A DNA stretch of 64,000 nt, from the IMG/VR virus record IMGVR_UViG_3300046469_000011, positions 27,878-91,877 of that record, one strand, 5' to 3'. Shown piece by piece: positions 27,411 to 36,710 of this stretch. This DNA is from a virus (Duplodnaviria > Caudoviricetes). Positions within the stretch are counted from its first letter, which is position 1; every line of letters begins with the position of its first letter. The notes beneath the pieces are model-generated. The model was not told where the DNA came from. It did not search any database and saw only the letters and a program-made list of their open reading frames with translations. The position numbers were made by a program, and so were the translations under genes.

Positions 27411-28378
27411 CAGGGAACAGGAACCTTTCCGCTTGTCCAAACGCCAGCCGGAGCAGAAATAAACGCCGGGTTGGATATGCCCTTGGCGAATGCTTGCTGA
27501 GCAGAAGCCGACGACTCGATGGCGAACGAGTCTTGTGGATTCGAACCGTCCTGATACGAGCCGTTGTTACAGTTGTACCACATCCACCCTTTTAGATGCG
27601 GGTAGTCGCCAGCCGCAATTCGTCCCAGCGTGTCGGTGATCCAACCGGCTTTGGCCCCATTGAATTCTTCTGAAGCCGTCTCACAAATAATAATCGGCTT
27701 ATGCGGGTGCTGAGCAACCACTTCCTGATAGGTATGAGAAAACAGGCTGTCAAACGGGACGCTGCCCGATCCCTTGTTGTAAATGTCGATCCCGACCCAA
27801 TCAAAATTCTGCCAGCCTGGGTCCCACGCCCACGGAGCAGGCACACTTCCAGAATCGTTTGACCAGTAGTTGGGGCACCAGATGTACGAAATATTGGTAG
27901 CACCCTGACCATCAGCCAGGCGCTTCAGACGTTGCCATGCCTGAACATACTCGGAGGGAGTAGTGCCGTATTCGGTCTGCCAGGTATAACCCGAGGTTGT
28001 TCCCCAATCGCCGTTCATTTCCCACCAGGGACGCAGGAAGAATGGCTTCTTGAAGGCCGCGACCTGCTTGGCCCACGCTTGAATTTTGCTGTCCCAGCTT
28101 CCGCTATTGATAGCGGAAATACTTGCGCCATTCTCTAGGCCGGTAGTGAGGACTGTGCCCGCACCGCGCGAGTAGGCGTGATTGATCGGATCAGCATCGA
28201 ATGTGCAGAAGTCCAGATGGCAAGCAACCAGCCCGACTTTCCTGCCAGCGTGAGACTCAAACTCATTCCACGAAGCATCACCCGATGAATAGGGCCAAGG
28301 TGGATTTCCATACCCGGCGTTCAGCCCTCCATAGCACTCGCCCTGAATCGAAGCTCCCCAATACAATTTATATGTCAT
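27410..28378 (-). CDS. Standalone glycoside hydrolase family 26 protein
   Basis: LRPWWEMNG, DWVGIDIYN, KPIIICET; clear paralogue of the C-terminus of 5761..7593. Confidence 0.8.
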   Translation of the reverse strand: MTYKLYWGASIQGECYGGLNAGYGNPPWPYSSGDASWNEFESHAGRKVGLVACHLDFCTFDADPINHAYSRGAGTVLTTGLENGASISAINSGSWDSKIQAWAKQVAAFKKPFFLRPWWEMNGDWGTTSGYTWQTEYGTTPSEYVQAWQRLKRLADGQGATNISYIWCPNYWSNDSGSVPAPWAWDPGWQNFDWVGIDIYNKGSGSVPFDSLFSHTYQEVVAQHPHKPIIICETASEEFNGAKAGWITDTLGRIAAGDYPHLKGWMWYNCNNGSYQDGSNPQDSFAIESSASAQQAFAKGISNPAFISAPAGVWTSGKVPVP

Positions 28379-28608
28379 GCTGATTGTTCCTCCACGTAAT
28401 TACCTGCAAGAAAATCACAATTCTTCAGCGCGTAGGTGCGGAAGTCCAGCTTATCGAAGTCGTAGCAATCTAGAAGCCACTGTGGCTCTGAATGGTAGTG
28501 CGAAGAGCCAAAGCGCACCTTGATCGGCCATATCCGACGCATAGCTATTTCTTCGCGGTGATTCTTATAAATGAGTGTGGTAGCTAGTCGCTCATCAAAT
28601 TCATTCAT
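28375..28608 (-). CDS. Small WYL-like domain protein
   Basis: YKNHR.E...RRI.P...FG...H..PQWLLDC.D..K..FRTYAL. Confidence 0.65.
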   Translation of the reverse strand: MNEFDERLATTLIYKNHREEIAMRRIWPIKVRFGSSHYHSEPQWLLDCYDFDKLDFRTYALKNCDFLAGNYVEEQSA

Positions 28609-29266
28609 ATGGAATCTCCGGGCCTTCAACAAAGAGCATGTGGAAATTAGCTGTCATCCAGCTATTTACCTCTACCTCGAATGCTTCGAGAGAAACTGTG
28701 TTGGCAATAGTCAGATCAACCAAATCACGCGGCAACGGCATTTCAGACGGGTGACCATCTGAGGGCAGCCCGCGCTCGATTTCCCATACTTCGCCACCCA
28801 ATTCATGAACACGTTTGGCTTCGTTGGGAAAACGCAGATCGGTGATCACAGCAATATCAGCAGACTCTTGTTCTTCGTTGTTATAAAAGGAGTCCGCCCA
28901 ATCGTCGTAAGGAAGTAGGACATCGAGCCAGAAGTCAGCACCGAAAACGTCACGGTGACCTTCTGTCCCGTACCACTTCAGATATTCACGACCACTGATG
29001 GACCGCTGAATCGAAAGCGATGGAATAGAAATATCGATCACACCAATATTCTTTAGCTCGTCGCAGATCACCACAGCATCGTTCATGTTGGTAGCCATAC
29101 CGAGAGAACGTGCTGCCGATAGCTTCATCGTGTCAGCAAACGCTCTCTCGGTGGTGACTAGCCCTCTTGATGCCCCCCACTTGGCGATTACATGAGCAGC
29201 CGTATTCTTGCCCGATCCCTTTCGGCCATTTAGACCGATCAGGACCGGATTCAATCGCTTTCTCAT
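28601..29266 (-). CDS. Deoxynucleoside monophosphate kinase
   Basis: IGLNGRKGSGK, AFAD.MK, REYL...GTE, ITDLRFPNE, HPSE. Confidence 0.9.
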   Translation of the reverse strand: MRKRLNPVLIGLNGRKGSGKNTAAHVIAKWGASRGLVTTERAFADTMKLSAARSLGMATNMNDAVVICDELKNIGVIDISIPSLSIQRSISGREYLKWYGTEGHRDVFGADFWLDVLLPYDDWADSFYNNEEQESADIAVITDLRFPNEAKRVHELGGEVWEIERGLPSDGHPSEMPLPRDLVDLTIANTVSLEAFEVEVNSWMTANFHMLFVEGPEIPYE

Positions 29267-29980
29267 TTAGCCCCGCCGCATAAAGGGATTGGAGCGCGGA
29301 GCGCCACCATTCCCGTTATCGCCCTGGCGTGGAGCTTCCCCAAGTTCTTTGAGAAAATCTTCATAGCTAGGGGCCTTGGTGAACTGATTCAGATCGTACT
29401 TCTCACCTTCGAGCCGCTTCTCAAGATCAGAAAATTCGACCGGGCCTGAATCAACATCAGCCGGAGTGATGTGGTACTTCGTACTCAGACCATCGCCCTT
29501 GCGCTTGATCTTGAAGGGCCGAGAGCGCAGACCACGGAAATTCCCGTTGATCTCGTATAGCTCTTCGAACACACGGATACCTGATCCCCATACCGCGACC
29601 TGGGGTTTATACCCGGTGATGACCGGCTTGTTGTCCTGCTTGATGAGTTTCCCATCGTTGTCGCGCTTGAAGATGGGAGCCTCATTCCAGATCAGATTGA
29701 TAAATCCCTTGAAGCGACGAGGGAACTTTTTCTCGCATCCTGGGCAGGGTGTTCCATCACCCTCCTGATCGCAGCAGGTCACGTCGCGCCCGAATGAACG
29801 ATTCTCGACGGGAACCTCGTGCATCATCGCCCAAAAGATGTCGTCGTCCTGCTCCAAGAAGCGGACGATGGCCTCTCCGCCATCAGTGAGCCGGAACCAG
29901 AGGGCAGATGGTCCTCCTGATCCCCTTCGCGCCTCCACATCGGCGGCGGCCTGTTGAACTCCTGAAAATCCGCGTGGCAT
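29267..29980 (-). CDS. Single-stranded DNA-binding protein (phage gp32-like)
   Basis: FRL.DG...VRFL...H...C...CPGC...FKIKRKG.GLSTKY. Confidence 0.7.
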   Translation of the reverse strand: MPRGFSGVQQAAADVEARRGSGGPSALWFRLTDGGEAIVRFLEQDDDIFWAMMHEVPVENRSFGRDVTCCDQEGDGTPCPGCEKKFPRRFKGFINLIWNEAPIFKRDNDGKLIKQDNKPVITGYKPQVAVWGSGIRVFEELYEINGNFRGLRSRPFKIKRKGDGLSTKYHITPADVDSGPVEFSDLEKRLEGEKYDLNQFTKAPSYEDFLKELGEAPRQGDNGNGGAPRSNPFMRRG

Positions 29981-30001
29981 GTCTTTCCTCCTATTGATTT
30001 G

Positions 30002-30062
30002 GGTTACGTGTGGTTACGTCTATGACGCCGACCACTATAGCCTATGATCTTGCTAAGCGCAA
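30002..30062 (-). promoter_or_regulatory. Promoter upstream of ssb with tandem ACGTAACC boxes
   Basis: TTGCGC-17-TATAGT; GGTTACGT at 30002 and 30012 on +. Confidence 0.55.
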
Positions 30063-31046
30063 CTGCCGCAAGGATGCCGCTTCAGCTACGCATCTGTGGA
30101 TGGTGTACGGGTGCATTTGCGCGGGATCGCCATCGTGATCGGGCGCGATGAAGATGGTCATGTACGGCGAGAGAGCTTCGGCTACGGCCTCGGTGGCATC
30201 ACGGCCTGCCTGATCAGAATCGAAGAACAGTGTGACCCGCTCGGCACGTTCCTTGATCAGCCGCATCTGTCTATCACCGAAGTATGAACCATTGATAGCT
30301 ACTGTATTTATATAGCCGTGATAGTGCATAGCTATCGCATTGTATTCACCTTCGACAATGATCAGATGATCTCGATCAGCCGGAACTCGATAGAGAGCGA
30401 AGACGATCTCATTTTTCAGATATGGCTCAATGTTCTCATCGCGCAAGTTCAAATACTTTGGCTTGCGATTATTCATGGCACGAGCTTTGATGCCTACGAG
30501 ATTGCCATTCTCGTCACGGATGGGAAGCGTGATGCGGTTGTGCTTGGAACTGAAACCGAATTCCCATTCTTCGAGGACTCCCACAGAAAATCCGCGCTCC
30601 CACATATATTTCGCCCACGGTGTATGAGCGTGAGCTTTCCAATCAACGCGGTAACGATCAAGCACGCTTTCATCAAGAATCACGTTCTCACGCTTGATCA
30701 CGGGCTTTTTTTCGAGAATCAATCTGATCTCTTCGACCATGCTGCGCGAATCAGGGTCGATCCCGGCTGGGGAATACCGCTGCTTGAGCATCCGCGTTGA
30801 TTCGAGCGGGCTGACGCCGAGAATCTGAGCAGCCAGCGAAACAGCATTCCCCTTGGCGTGGCAGGAATGACAGAAGAACGCCGTCGTCTCGTCGTTCATG
30901 TAGGCGCTTGGATTTTCATCCGCCTTCACATGGGCTGGGAGCGGGCAGGAGAATTGCCACTCCTTCTCGGTGGCGCGGCGGACGTTACGAATATCCAGAC
31001 AGTCGAGGTAATCCTCGACCTCTATGCAAGCTGGATCAAAGGGCAT
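30042..31046 (-). CDS. DNA primase (CHC2 zinc finger + TOPRIM)
   Basis: CPLPAH...PS...FFCHSC; IVEGEYN; FFDSDQAG. Confidence 0.9.
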   Translation of the reverse strand: MPFDPACIEVEDYLDCLDIRNVRRATEKEWQFSCPLPAHVKADENPSAYMNDETTAFFCHSCHAKGNAVSLAAQILGVSPLESTRMLKQRYSPAGIDPDSRSMVEEIRLILEKKPVIKRENVILDESVLDRYRVDWKAHAHTPWAKYMWERGFSVGVLEEWEFGFSSKHNRITLPIRDENGNLVGIKARAMNNRKPKYLNLRDENIEPYLKNEIVFALYRVPADRDHLIIVEGEYNAIAMHYHGYINTVAINGSYFGDRQMRLIKERAERVTLFFDSDQAGRDATEAVAEALSPYMTIFIAPDHDGDPAQMHPYTIHRCVAEAASLRQLRLARS

Positions 31047-31851
31047 TCTGTCTTGCCTTCAATATAAATGGATTGCTGCCCATCTTCCATTCATTTATTC
31101 TATTCAGCGCCAACTCACAGTAAGAAAGTTCCTTCTCGATCCCCACACACCTTCTGCCTAATTCCAAACTCGCAATAGCAGTAGATCCAGATCCCAAAAA
31201 AGGGTCCAAAACCAAATCACCCGGCGCTGTATGAGGAAGAATAATACGAGACAAAGCGCCCAAAGGCTTCTGTGCGGGATGTAACACCACCCGTTTCCCG
31301 CGACCACCAGATTTACGTGCTTCCTCAATAGTCGGTTCTTCAATGTCGGACCAAACGTTTGTGGCCCGCTTGTAGGGATTATCTTCCTTGCCTAACCTCT
31401 TGATCCAAGATTCGTGATATTTCTCCGTGCTGTATTGGTGTTCCTTATTCCAGCGATACTGATCAGATTTAGTAGCCCATACGCATTCCTCACGAGTAAA
31501 TAGCCACCCACGGCGGTTCCCACGCCCGCGCTGCTTGTTCCACACAATCATGTCTCGAAAAACAGCTTGCTTTCTCAAAACAGCAACGATGTCAATCAAA
31601 GATGACGATTTCTCCCCTACCGAACACCACACATAAATCGAAGCATCGGTCTTCAAAACTCTCAATACCTCGATAATCCATTCTTCTGTCCATTTAGCAT
31701 AATCGCTAACTTTATCCCACTGAGCAGACAAAACACCCCCGTAAGGCGGATCGCAAATCGCTAAATCAAAAATTGAATCCGGAAACTTCTTTAGCTCGGT
31801 AATGCAATCCCCGCAGATCACACTATATGATCCATAATCAAGATCAAGCAT
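31036..31851 (-). CDS. DNA N6-adenine/N4-cytosine methyltransferase (beta class)
   Basis: DLAICDPPY precedes HPAQKP and VLDPFLGSGST; start at ATG 31851 overlapping the dnaB end. Confidence 0.9.
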   Translation of the reverse strand: MLDLDYGSYSVICGDCITELKKFPDSIFDLAICDPPYGGVLSAQWDKVSDYAKWTEEWIIEVLRVLKTDASIYVWCSVGEKSSSLIDIVAVLRKQAVFRDMIVWNKQRGRGNRRGWLFTREECVWATKSDQYRWNKEHQYSTEKYHESWIKRLGKEDNPYKRATNVWSDIEEPTIEEARKSGGRGKRVVLHPAQKPLGALSRIILPHTAPGDLVLDPFLGSGSTAIASLELGRRCVGIEKELSYCELALNRINEWKMGSNPFILKARQNAL

Positions 31852-33166
31852 GGGCACGGGCAAATCCTGATACGCGGTTTTCCATCCACTTGTCAAAGCC
31901 CGTGCCGGTTGGCTTTGGCTCCGGATCACGATCCTCACGCCGCATACGGTCCTGAATCGTCTGCTCGCGGAAATCCTGTAGCTCGTGGTCCCAGCGAGCC
32001 TTGAAAGACTTGCGCGGTCCTTGGCGATTCTTCGAGAGCCGAATCTCCATTTCCTTGCGCTCTTCCATTTCTTCATCCTGGAAAAGCCCGATGACGATAT
32101 CTGAGTCCTGAGATATGGAGATTGCATCAGCGACGTTAGCTAGCTCAGCACCGCCTTTAGCCCCCTCGCGATTGGTCTGGGCAGCCATGATGATCGGCGT
32201 TCTGAGCCGACGCGCATAGATCTTGAGATCTTGGGTGATCTCAGAAAGCTGCTGATAGCGCTTCACACCACGAGAAATATTTGATGAGCGCATCAGGCCG
32301 ACGTAATCAACGATCACCACATCAGGCTTGTGACGCAAGGTTTCCGCGTACACGTTGTCTGGCGTGATGCGATACATCGAATCGATGATCGAAATGTCGT
32401 TCTTGGTGTTCTTCACCCGCTCGGCGACCTTGCGCCATTCTTTTATGTCATGCGGATCAAGAGAAAGCTGACGCATCTTTGCGTAGTCAATCCGTGATCC
32501 CATCACATCGAAGACGCGAAGAATGTCTTCCGCTTCCATTTCCAAAGAGAAATACAGCGGGTGGTAGCCCTTGAGATAGAAGTTGAAGGCCAGCACGCGC
32601 AGCAGCGTTGATTTTCCAACGTTCGTGAAGCCCAGAACGGAAATTAGCTCGTGGCGCTTGATCCCATCCGTCAGACGGTCCAGCGTGGGAAACCCAAAAG
32701 GAATTCCTGGGTGCCTACCTTCTGCCTGGCGGCGCTCCTGCTCAACGATCCGCTGCTCCATTTCGGAATACCGGGCGACCTTCCCTGACGGAATGACCTG
32801 GATCAGCTTTTGGGCGGCTTCGAGAAGCTCTATGTCGATGTTCTCAGCCCGTTCGCGGTCATCAGCGGCCTGAGCCACTTCCACGAGGATGTCATCAGCC
32901 ATCCGCCGCTTTACTTGGACCGTGAAGCGATCTAGCAGGAAATCCAGAGAATCCTGCATCTGCAACCACTCGAAATCGGGTCGATCAGTCTTAGCTACTT
33001 CAAGGCTGGGGCACGACTTGTATTTGCGAGTGTGGCTGACAAGATAACGGTACATATCCCGGCATTCTTCATCAGCGAAATGATCTTCATTTATGTTGCG
33101 GGAGATTGCTTCTTCGATTTGTCCAGTAAATACGAGCTTTGTTACTAAAGCGCGTTCTATATCCAT
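31844..33166 (-). CDS. dnaB: DnaB-like replicative helicase
   Basis: GFTNVGKS, FSLEM, VDYVGL, AAQTNR, ISQDSD, KNRQG. Confidence 0.92.
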   Translation of the reverse strand: MDIERALVTKLVFTGQIEEAISRNINEDHFADEECRDMYRYLVSHTRKYKSCPSLEVAKTDRPDFEWLQMQDSLDFLLDRFTVQVKRRMADDILVEVAQAADDRERAENIDIELLEAAQKLIQVIPSGKVARYSEMEQRIVEQERRQAEGRHPGIPFGFPTLDRLTDGIKRHELISVLGFTNVGKSTLLRVLAFNFYLKGYHPLYFSLEMEAEDILRVFDVMGSRIDYAKMRQLSLDPHDIKEWRKVAERVKNTKNDISIIDSMYRITPDNVYAETLRHKPDVVIVDYVGLMRSSNISRGVKRYQQLSEITQDLKIYARRLRTPIIMAAQTNREGAKGGAELANVADAISISQDSDIVIGLFQDEEMEERKEMEIRLSKNRQGPRKSFKARWDHELQDFREQTIQDRMRREDRDPEPKPTGTGFDKWMENRVSGFARAHA

Positions 33167-33169
33167 TGA

Positions 33170-33439
33170 TCATTCAGGCTGATCGAGATCGGGGTAATGG
33201 AATCGCCACGAGCGATCCGGGCCGATCACGTTGATTTCCTTTCCCTTGCATTCCAAATACGGAATGAAGAACCTGTCCGTTCCCGTGTAGGGCAATCCGC
33301 CAATGAGGATTCGCCCCATCGCCACCTGAGAGCGGACGATACTGGCCGGGGTGCCAAACTCCTGGCTGATCACCCGGACGATATCCACACCGGCTACATA
33401 TGAATCTTGATGCTGAAATTCAGGACGCTCAGTTGCCAT
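33170..33439 (-). CDS. Hypothetical protein
   Basis: Tiles the operon. Confidence 0.6.
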   Translation of the reverse strand: MATERPEFQHQDSYVAGVDIVRVISQEFGTPASIVRSQVAMGRILIGGLPYTGTDRFFIPYLECKGKEINVIGPDRSWRFHYPDLDQPE

Positions 33440-34031
33440 TTTGAGTCAGTTGCTCCTGAATTGATTCGAGAACGATATTTCGCTGAACGGCAATCACGTC
33501 GCGCTCGACGATCTCCGCAAGCTCGTTCATAGCCTTGGTGAGAGTCTCATTCTCCTGATCTGAGAAATACTTCTCGCTGGTGCGATCCAGATCAACGAAT
33601 GCGGTGATCTGAGCAGGACCAACGGATACGTTCGCGTACTGGCCTGTGGGGATTAGCTCAGAAGCGGTCATGGTGATTTTTGCCAGAGGCTTGCCGCTGG
33701 CGTTGGTCGGCCAGGAAAGCTCAGCCGCATCGGTGTTATCCCGTGCCCGCTTCGCGGCGCTTTCGGCCTTGGCCCGACTCTGGACATCAGGAGTGGCAGC
33801 GGGCGGAACAGATGGGGACGCCTGGGGCTTCTCCTGGGCCTCGGCTTCGGGCTTTTCCACGGGCGGGGCAAAAACCCCCGGCTTCGGTCGAGGACGCGGA
33901 GCTTGAGGCACTTTCGATTCCCCCTCTGCTGGCAATTTGGTGGTCTTGTGTGTGTCGCAGCGCTTCGGCGGACGGCCTCGACCTGAATATTCCAGAGGCT
34001 TGCCGCAGATTTCGCAGTTGTATTCGGCCAA
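33429..34031 (-). CDS. Hypothetical protein with N-terminal Zn finger
   Basis: CEICGKPL...GRGRPPKRC; Pro-rich linker. Confidence 0.65.
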   Translation of the reverse strand: MAEYNCEICGKPLEYSGRGRPPKRCDTHKTTKLPAEGESKVPQAPRPRPKPGVFAPPVEKPEAEAQEKPQASPSVPPAATPDVQSRAKAESAAKRARDNTDAAELSWPTNASGKPLAKITMTASELIPTGQYANVSVGPAQITAFVDLDRTSEKYFSDQENETLTKAMNELAEIVERDVIAVQRNIVLESIQEQLTQNGN

Positions 34032-34032
34032 T

Positions 34033-34347
34033 TTAGATCTCTTCCAGTCTTGATCGCTTTATGCTGTGTGGTCGGCGCATTTTTTCGATGGCCTTTTCGA
34101 GTTCCTTCTCGGTTGGGTTCCAGTGAACCAGACCCTTGCCTGAGCGTCGATCTGTCTTTCGCATCCACTCCCTGATGCCCTCGATCTGCTCGGGCGTCCA
34201 GTAGCGCCAGTTGGAGCGCCCCCGCTCCGACCGCAGATGCTCAGGCAGCACCTTGTCTTGCTCCCACTTGCGGATCGTCCCAATCCGGCGATTGAGCATC
34301 TGTGCCGCCTCCCGTATGTAGATGCGTCCTGCCTCGACTTCTGGCAT
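34033..34347 (-). CDS. MerR-type HTH DNA-binding protein
   Basis: IREAAQMLNRRIGTIRKWE...R...NWRYWT.EQI; probable leaderless start at ATG 34347. Confidence 0.8.
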   Translation of the reverse strand: MPEVEAGRIYIREAAQMLNRRIGTIRKWEQDKVLPEHLRSERGRSNWRYWTPEQIEGIREWMRKTDRRSGKGLVHWNPTEKELEKAIEKMRRPHSIKRSRLEEI

Positions 34348-34354
34348 GAATGCG

Positions 34355-34383
34355 ATCATAGCACCAAAGATCACAGGTGTCCA
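34355..34383 (-). promoter_or_regulatory. Promoter for a leaderless MerR/replication operon
   Basis: TGGACA-17-(TGc)TATGAT, with ATG 7 nt downstream. Confidence 0.6.
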
Positions 34384-34390
34384 AGAACAA

Positions 34391-34417
34391 GAAAACCCCG
34401 CTATTTGCGGGGCTTTC
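34391..34417. terminator. Hairpin between divergent promoters
   Basis: GAAAACCCCGC-TATTT-GCGGGGCTTTC. Confidence 0.5.
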
Positions 34418-34427
34418 TCTGAACCAC

Positions 34428-34456
34428 TTGACGGCCTGGTGGACGCCGACTAGGGT
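34428..34456 (+). promoter_or_regulatory. Promoter reading into the non-coding region
   Basis: TTGACG-17-TAGGGT. Confidence 0.6.
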
Positions 34457-34462
34457 TCTGAA

Positions 34463-34815
34463 TCACCGAGAGATCCACGCACAGCCTAACACATAGCGGC
34501 TATATGTCTAGTGCGGTACAAAGCCCTGTAGTTAGAACCTAGCTACAGAAGAGAGGCCAAGTGACTGACGGCCCTGGGTGCTACAGCCAAAGCCCTTCTG
34601 CTGGGAGGGAGTCGCCGCTATGAATTCCCAGATCCACATGCCCCGTCGCAGTCGCGCAAGCGAGGGCGGGCGCAGACGAGTGAGAAGCGAAAGCTCTCCG
34701 GACGATAAAGCTGCACCTGGGCGTCCTTTCGTCTGCGCGGTGAATAATCACCTGGGCGACGTTCCCGGAGAACTTCGACCCATCGCTTTCCCGGCAAGGG
34801 GGCGGTGGGTTCAGT
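34463..34815 (+). ncRNA. Candidate structured non-coding RNA
   Basis: Many stems, GNRA tetraloops and G-U pairs consistent with the + strand; promoter directly upstream; no credible ORF. Confidence 0.5.
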
Positions 34816-34835
34816 AGCCCAAAGAGGGGAGAGGG

Positions 34836-35252
34836 TTATGGTTTCAGCGCTTCGCGAATGGCTCGTCGGCAAAGTCCGTCAGCTTCTACGTTTTGCTCTC
34901 GCGGAATCCACTGGATTGAAACCGAGCGAAACCGGCTGGCTTCTTCCCACACCTGATCTCGAAGTTTCTGAAGTTCCCGGTTGCGGCAAGTCCATTCCTC
35001 CCGAAGCTGATGAACAATCAGTTTGGAATCCGAGAAAATTTCGAGATCCGTCGCGCCGATCTCTGCCGCGAGGCGAACTGCCAGCAAAGCGCCGTTGTAT
35101 TCGCCGACATTATTCGTCGTATGAGGCGGAAGTAGCTTTGTTTTCTCGAAGTATTCGTTATTCGAGCGCAAAACACACGCTGCCGCCTGAATGCGGGATG
35201 AATTTCCGCTACCGTCGATATATGCCGTAGCGAATACCCTATTCGCCGACAT
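34836..35252 (-). CDS. rnhA: Ribonuclease HI
   Basis: YIDGS...TNNVGEY...FSDSKL...WIPREQN..AD. Confidence 0.9.
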   Translation of the reverse strand: MSANRVFATAYIDGSGNSSRIQAAACVLRSNNEYFEKTKLLPPHTTNNVGEYNGALLAVRLAAEIGATDLEIFSDSKLIVHQLREEWTCRNRELQKLRDQVWEEASRFRSVSIQWIPREQNVEADGLCRRAIREALKP

Positions 35253-36669
35253 AGTTGAGGATATCTCGGCGATTTACGTCGAATATCTCGTAGCCATGCG
35301 CGGCGTAGACCCTATTTCGGCGCACATGCCATTGGGCGTTCAGAGGTTCGCAGTCGATGTCGTGGAAATCGAACACACGAGCTTCGTCTTTATCGTGGTG
35401 GAACCTCGAAACGCGGCCAACCTGCTGCTCAATTAGACCGGGATTGCGCTGCGGGAAGGCCAAAAACAGTCTGTCGAGGCGGCGAATGTCGAGAGCTTCG
35501 TCAGCCAGAGTCGAAAGAATGCAGCATGGCTCGGAATTCGCGTATTCGACAACCCGATTACGCTCTTCTGACGATTCTTTTCCAGTAATCCTGTGAATCG
35601 GATACTGATATTCGTTTTCTTCAAGCAAAGCCTGAATATTGTCCAAATGTTCAAGGCGCTTTGAGAGTACGAGCGTGTGAGTGCCTTCTTCGATCAAGAT
35701 CGATTTGGCAATGAGCCAGTTACGTTCTTCGTCATTGGTCAAAGCCTGGATCATCTTTCCGTAATTTGATGGCCTTCTGCCGCTAGCAGGCCGAAACGGA
35801 TACCTGAACGTCGTGGGGATGCGGTAGATGATCGGCTTGATGATGTTATGGACCTCTTCACGCCTCGTCTCGTAGACGATGGGTCCGAGAACTGCCTGCG
35901 CCAGAGCGAAATCGCCGGTCTTGTCAGGCGTAGCACTTACTCCTATACGCCATGTGGAACTAAACCTATCTACAAGTCTATTGTATGTAGATGCTGTAGC
36001 ATGATGGCATTCATCTAGACACATAAATCCAAATGAATCGAAGAACCCAAGGTTTTCTAGCTCTTCGTATCTATTGTTCAACGTCTGAACTGTAGCTATA
36101 TTTAGATGTTTAGTAGTGGCGAACTGACCATCGCCAATGATCCCGACAGGGTAGTCAGGACCCAGAAATTGCCTGGCTCTGGCTATCCACTGATAGAGGA
36201 TGTCCTTAGTGTTCACGAGGATGATGGCCCGCTGGTGAATCAGGCGGATCAGTTCCAGGACGGCCACGGTCTTTCCTGATCCCGCAGGAGCCTTGTAGAT
36301 ACCCGCGAGTAGCCCTGGCCTGGCGAAATCCACGAATCGCTGCTGCCAGGGCCGCAAGGAAATTTTCATGCCCTTCTCTTCATAGGGGCGCAGGAAGGTC
36401 GTGTGCATGTCTATGTTGGTCTTGATCCCATATGCCTCCAAGCCCTGCAAAAGCGGGCCGATGAAGCCCCGAGGCATCACCAGAGCCGCTTTTTCAACAT
36501 CCCATAGCTGAATCTTCTCGGGCATGTGTTCCCAGCCAGGGGTGTTCTGCTCCATCGCTTTCTGTCTCTCAAGGTTAGGTAACGAGAGCGCTTCTACGAT
36601 AGAATCGCGGACATCGTGAGGAAGCTCGGATAGGGCAATCCGGAGCTTGTGGTCAATCCTGATCACCAT
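35239..36669 (-). CDS. Superfamily II DNA/RNA helicase
   Basis: LRPWQ, APAGSGKT, DECHH, SAT, QQVGRVSR. Confidence 0.9.
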   Translation of the reverse strand: MVIRIDHKLRIALSELPHDVRDSIVEALSLPNLERQKAMEQNTPGWEHMPEKIQLWDVEKAALVMPRGFIGPLLQGLEAYGIKTNIDMHTTFLRPYEEKGMKISLRPWQQRFVDFARPGLLAGIYKAPAGSGKTVAVLELIRLIHQRAIILVNTKDILYQWIARARQFLGPDYPVGIIGDGQFATTKHLNIATVQTLNNRYEELENLGFFDSFGFMCLDECHHATASTYNRLVDRFSSTWRIGVSATPDKTGDFALAQAVLGPIVYETRREEVHNIIKPIIYRIPTTFRYPFRPASGRRPSNYGKMIQALTNDEERNWLIAKSILIEEGTHTLVLSKRLEHLDNIQALLEENEYQYPIHRITGKESSEERNRVVEYANSEPCCILSTLADEALDIRRLDRLFLAFPQRNPGLIEQQVGRVSRFHHDKDEARVFDFHDIDCEPLNAQWHVRRNRVYAAHGYEIFDVNRRDILNYVGE

Positions 36670-36676
36670 AGATGTG

Positions 36677-36685
36677 ATCTTAGCA
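36677..36685 (-). promoter_or_regulatory. Extended -10 for a leaderless helicase transcript
   Basis: TGcTAAGAT, 7 nt before ATG 36669; no RBS. Confidence 0.5.
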
Positions 36686-36710
36686 GTCTAGACAGGATTA
36701 CGCACGAAGA

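Noticed and set aside
31852-32127. N-terminal 92 aa of the methyltransferase ORF
   Set aside because: Overlaps dnaB in another frame; MTase motifs begin after ATG 31851.
34578-34872. Short ORFs in the structured region (34578..34817 +, 34618..34872 -)
   Set aside because: No protein-like features and weak start context; the helices explain the sequence better, though a small peptide from ATG 34620 is not excluded.
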